NCBI GenBank assembly: GCA_024275485.1
Contig: JAJRZA010000037.1
Location: 5,241 to 69,240, forward strand
Direction of reading: 5' to 3'
Source: Candidatus Krumholzibacteriota bacterium
GTDB lineage: Bacteria; Krumholzibacteriota; Krumholzibacteriia; LZORAL124-64-63
DNA length: 64,000 nucleotides
The notes beneath the pieces were generated by a model. That model was not told where the DNA came from and searched no databases. It was given only the letters and a program-made list of their open reading frames with translations. The position numbers and the translations under genes are program-made. Shown piece after piece: positions 61,619 to 64,000 of the stretch (its first letter is position 1; each line of letters starts with the position of its first letter).

Positions 61619-64000
61619 TCAGTTCAACTCCGATAACCAGTTCACCACCACACTTAGGGTGCGGGGTTGGGATTTGTCCGGAATGTGTGCAATCAGGAAA
61701 CGCTGAGAGTCGGGAGTGGGCGAAAAGGCAATTCCATCGGGCATCGTTATGGTACCCAATCCGCCAAATAGGGTCTTCGGCCGATCAACAGCCAGGTCGG
61801 TGGTCGTGGAGCGTTCAAGATCGACGGTGGCTGCCATCATGATCGATTGTTGTTGGAAGTACAATTCGTCCCCGGTGGGGGACTATACGGGTTCTTGGCC
61901 CCCGGCGAGGGAAACCTGCACGCGAGAACCCCCGTCGGGAAAAGGCATGGCGTAAATTTCAAACTGGCCGCTTTCGTTGCTGTGGTACGCCAGCCAGCGT
62001 CCGTCTGGTGAGACGGTTCCGGCTTCTTCCTGGAAATTCGTTTGAAGAAAAGGGCGTGGCTCTCCTTCCCCATCCAAGGGCAATAGCCAAATATCCCCAC
62101 TAGTGCCGGTTGCGGTTTCAGTAAAGACCAGCCACCTCCCGTCGGGAGAAACACTTGTCGGCACCGTGTCAATGGGCTTTTTTAACAGCAGCTGAGTGTC
62201 GCTTGAACCATCGGCCGGACGCTGGTAGATGGTGTACTGCGGTTCTTCGCCGTTGTAAACTACGGTGCGACCGTCCGGTGTCCAGATGGGGTTGAGATCG
62301 CTAGCGGGGGAGAAGGTGAAGCGCGAAGACGTGCCACGTTCAAGATCATGGATCCAGATGTCGGTGTTGTGATTGTCGGAAATGGAGACGGCTATGCGGC
62401 GGCCGTCCGGTGATAATCTGGGTTTGCTATAATGGCGTGCCGGCAGATCGAGGACAGCCAATTCTCCCAGGCGATCGACCCAGGCCAGATGTCTAGGTGC
62501 GTTGATCACCGAGGCAGTGGCGTAGACAAGTGTGCCGTTGGCCCCGAAACCCAGTGGTGAAAAGCCGTCGCTGACTTCAAGGTAAACGTCCTCGAGAATG
62601 GGTTCGGCGCTGCCGGTGACGGCTATTTTCCGGCAATCAAACGGTGCAGCCATCAATTTGCCATCGCGCACAAAAAGAAGATGGCCGGTTGGTGCCCAGC
62701 GACCGAAGGAGCCTCCTTCTACCAGGACCCGCTGTTCACCACTTTTAAGGGAAAGTGCCATGATTCGTGCGTTTTCAATGGGCGTCGAGTAACCGGTGTA
62801 GATGACCCACTCATCGTCTGGAAGCAACTGTGGCCACCAATGCCCTAATTCATGATGGGCCCGATCGGGTGTGGTCAAGAGTTGGGGTTGGCCTCCGGCC
62901 GCTGGGACAACAAAAAGTCCGCTGGCGTAGTTGCTGGTGAAGATGATGCGATCATCTGTTGTCCACGCTCCACCACCCCATTCGGTTTGGCACAACTCAA
63001 TGGGGGAGCCACCGTCCAGAGAGACTTTTTGCAACTTGCTGCCGCGAGTGAATCCCAACCAATGGCCGTCAGGTGAAAAAAATGGAGATTCGGCATTTTC
63101 GGTTCCTGGAATCGGGACCAGGGTCGGGTCGTCCATGGCGCGCAAAAAAAGTTGGTTACCCATAGGTGTCTTGAGGGAAACGACAAACGCTTCGCCGGAT
63201 GGTGAGACTGCCAGTAGCTGGCGGTCTCCTGCGACCCACTGGTCCTGCGGCATCGTCAGATCAAAACGAATTGGACTGGGCGCAACCGGGACCTCGCTGC
63301 TAAATACCTGCCAGCCCATGATCATGGCCATCACCGCCATGACCGTGGCAGTAATCCAACCAGCCCAGACTTTTCTTGTCCCACCGATGGTCATTGGCGC
63401 GATGCTCCCCTCGGCGGGTTCATAGGCCGAAGTGCCGTCCTGCAATATTTCTTCCATCACGATGCGGGCATCGGCGATGTGGTGCATGCGCTGGCGCTTG
63501 TCACGCTGGAGACAGCGTTGCAGCAGGCGCCGCAAGCTTGGGGGCATGTCGGGCGGCAGCGCTGTCCAATCGGGATCGCTGCGCAGAACCATTGCCAGAG
63601 TGTCGCTAACGGTTTCGCCGGCAAAAAGCCGACAACCGGCCAGCAACTCCCACAGAATCACTCCAAAGGCCCAAATGTCCGTGCGCGCGTCAACCTCGTG
63701 GCCACGTGCCTGTTCGGGGCTCATGTAAGCGGCGGTACCGAGGATGACACCGGCTTGGGTCATGGCTGCGGTCAGGGTTGGGGAGGTGCCCGGCTCGGTG
63801 GTGGCCTCTTCCTCGCCCTGGTAGGCCCGGGCCAGGCCGAAGTCGAGAATCTTGATGAGCCCGTCCGCGCTCAATTTCACGTTGGCGGGTTTGAGGTCGC
63901 GGTGAACGATTCCTTTAGCGTGAGCCTCTTCCAGACCGGAGGCAATTTGCACCGCGACAGCCAAGGCTTCAACCGGTTGCATGGCACCGCGACTGATGCG
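61619..64000 (-). pseudogene. Ser/Thr protein kinase fused to a TolB-like beta-propeller, interrupted by an in-frame TAG at 61883..61885; the 5' end lies beyond the window
   Basis: The kinase subdomains (HRDLKPANV, DFGLA, SPEQ) are followed by WD/TolB-like repeats. After the TAG the same frame continues SPTGDELYFQQQ...[12 protein letters not shown]...[12 protein letters not shown], the family's typical C-terminus. The TAG aligns with the conserved Trp of the P-x-W-S-P-D-G repeat. Confidence 0.75.

Overview
This 64 kb window looks like chromosomal DNA from a high-GC (roughly 58-60%), Gram-negative, probably uncultured bacterium. I infer an FCB-superphylum or related candidate-phylum origin because three secreted proteins end in a T9SS-type C-terminal sorting domain and there is a Ser/Thr kinase-TolB-like protein with the characteristic NWLSEL tail. 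The window is densely coded, with about 55 genes and a mix of housekeeping and envelope functions. There are two polysaccharide/LPS clusters: GT9 heptosyltransferase-GT4-NamZ-MurU/AmgK-O-antigen-ligase-like, and Wzz-Wzy-Wzx-WaaL-like-methyltransferase. Other genes include malQ, thyX-pgeF, a long UROC1-like urocanase, lepB, a two-subunit Fe-S fumarate hydratase, H+-pyrophosphatase hppA, a transaldolase, a YedK-like SRAP peptidase, a TRAP-TAXI transporter, a DUF47-PiT phosphate module, dinB, htpG, and a 1616-aa secreted C25 (gingipain-like) peptidase with FG-GAP repeats. I found no rRNA, tRNA, CRISPR, transposase or integrase. Two things stand out. First, a small Spx/ArsC-family thioredoxin-fold gene has an in-frame TGA exactly at the first cysteine of its CxxC motif, which makes it a candidate selenoprotein with a UxxC motif. 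Second, four otherwise well-conserved genes (urocanase, a tandem FKBP, an HDOD protein and the kinase-TolB protein) are each interrupted by a single in-frame TAG or TAA with no frameshift; two of the TAGs fall at conserved Trp positions. Several intergenic regions carry convincing intrinsic terminators, tandem direct-repeat arrays and one perfect 19-bp palindrome. All functional calls come from recognised motifs in the translated ORFs; nothing was searched against a database.
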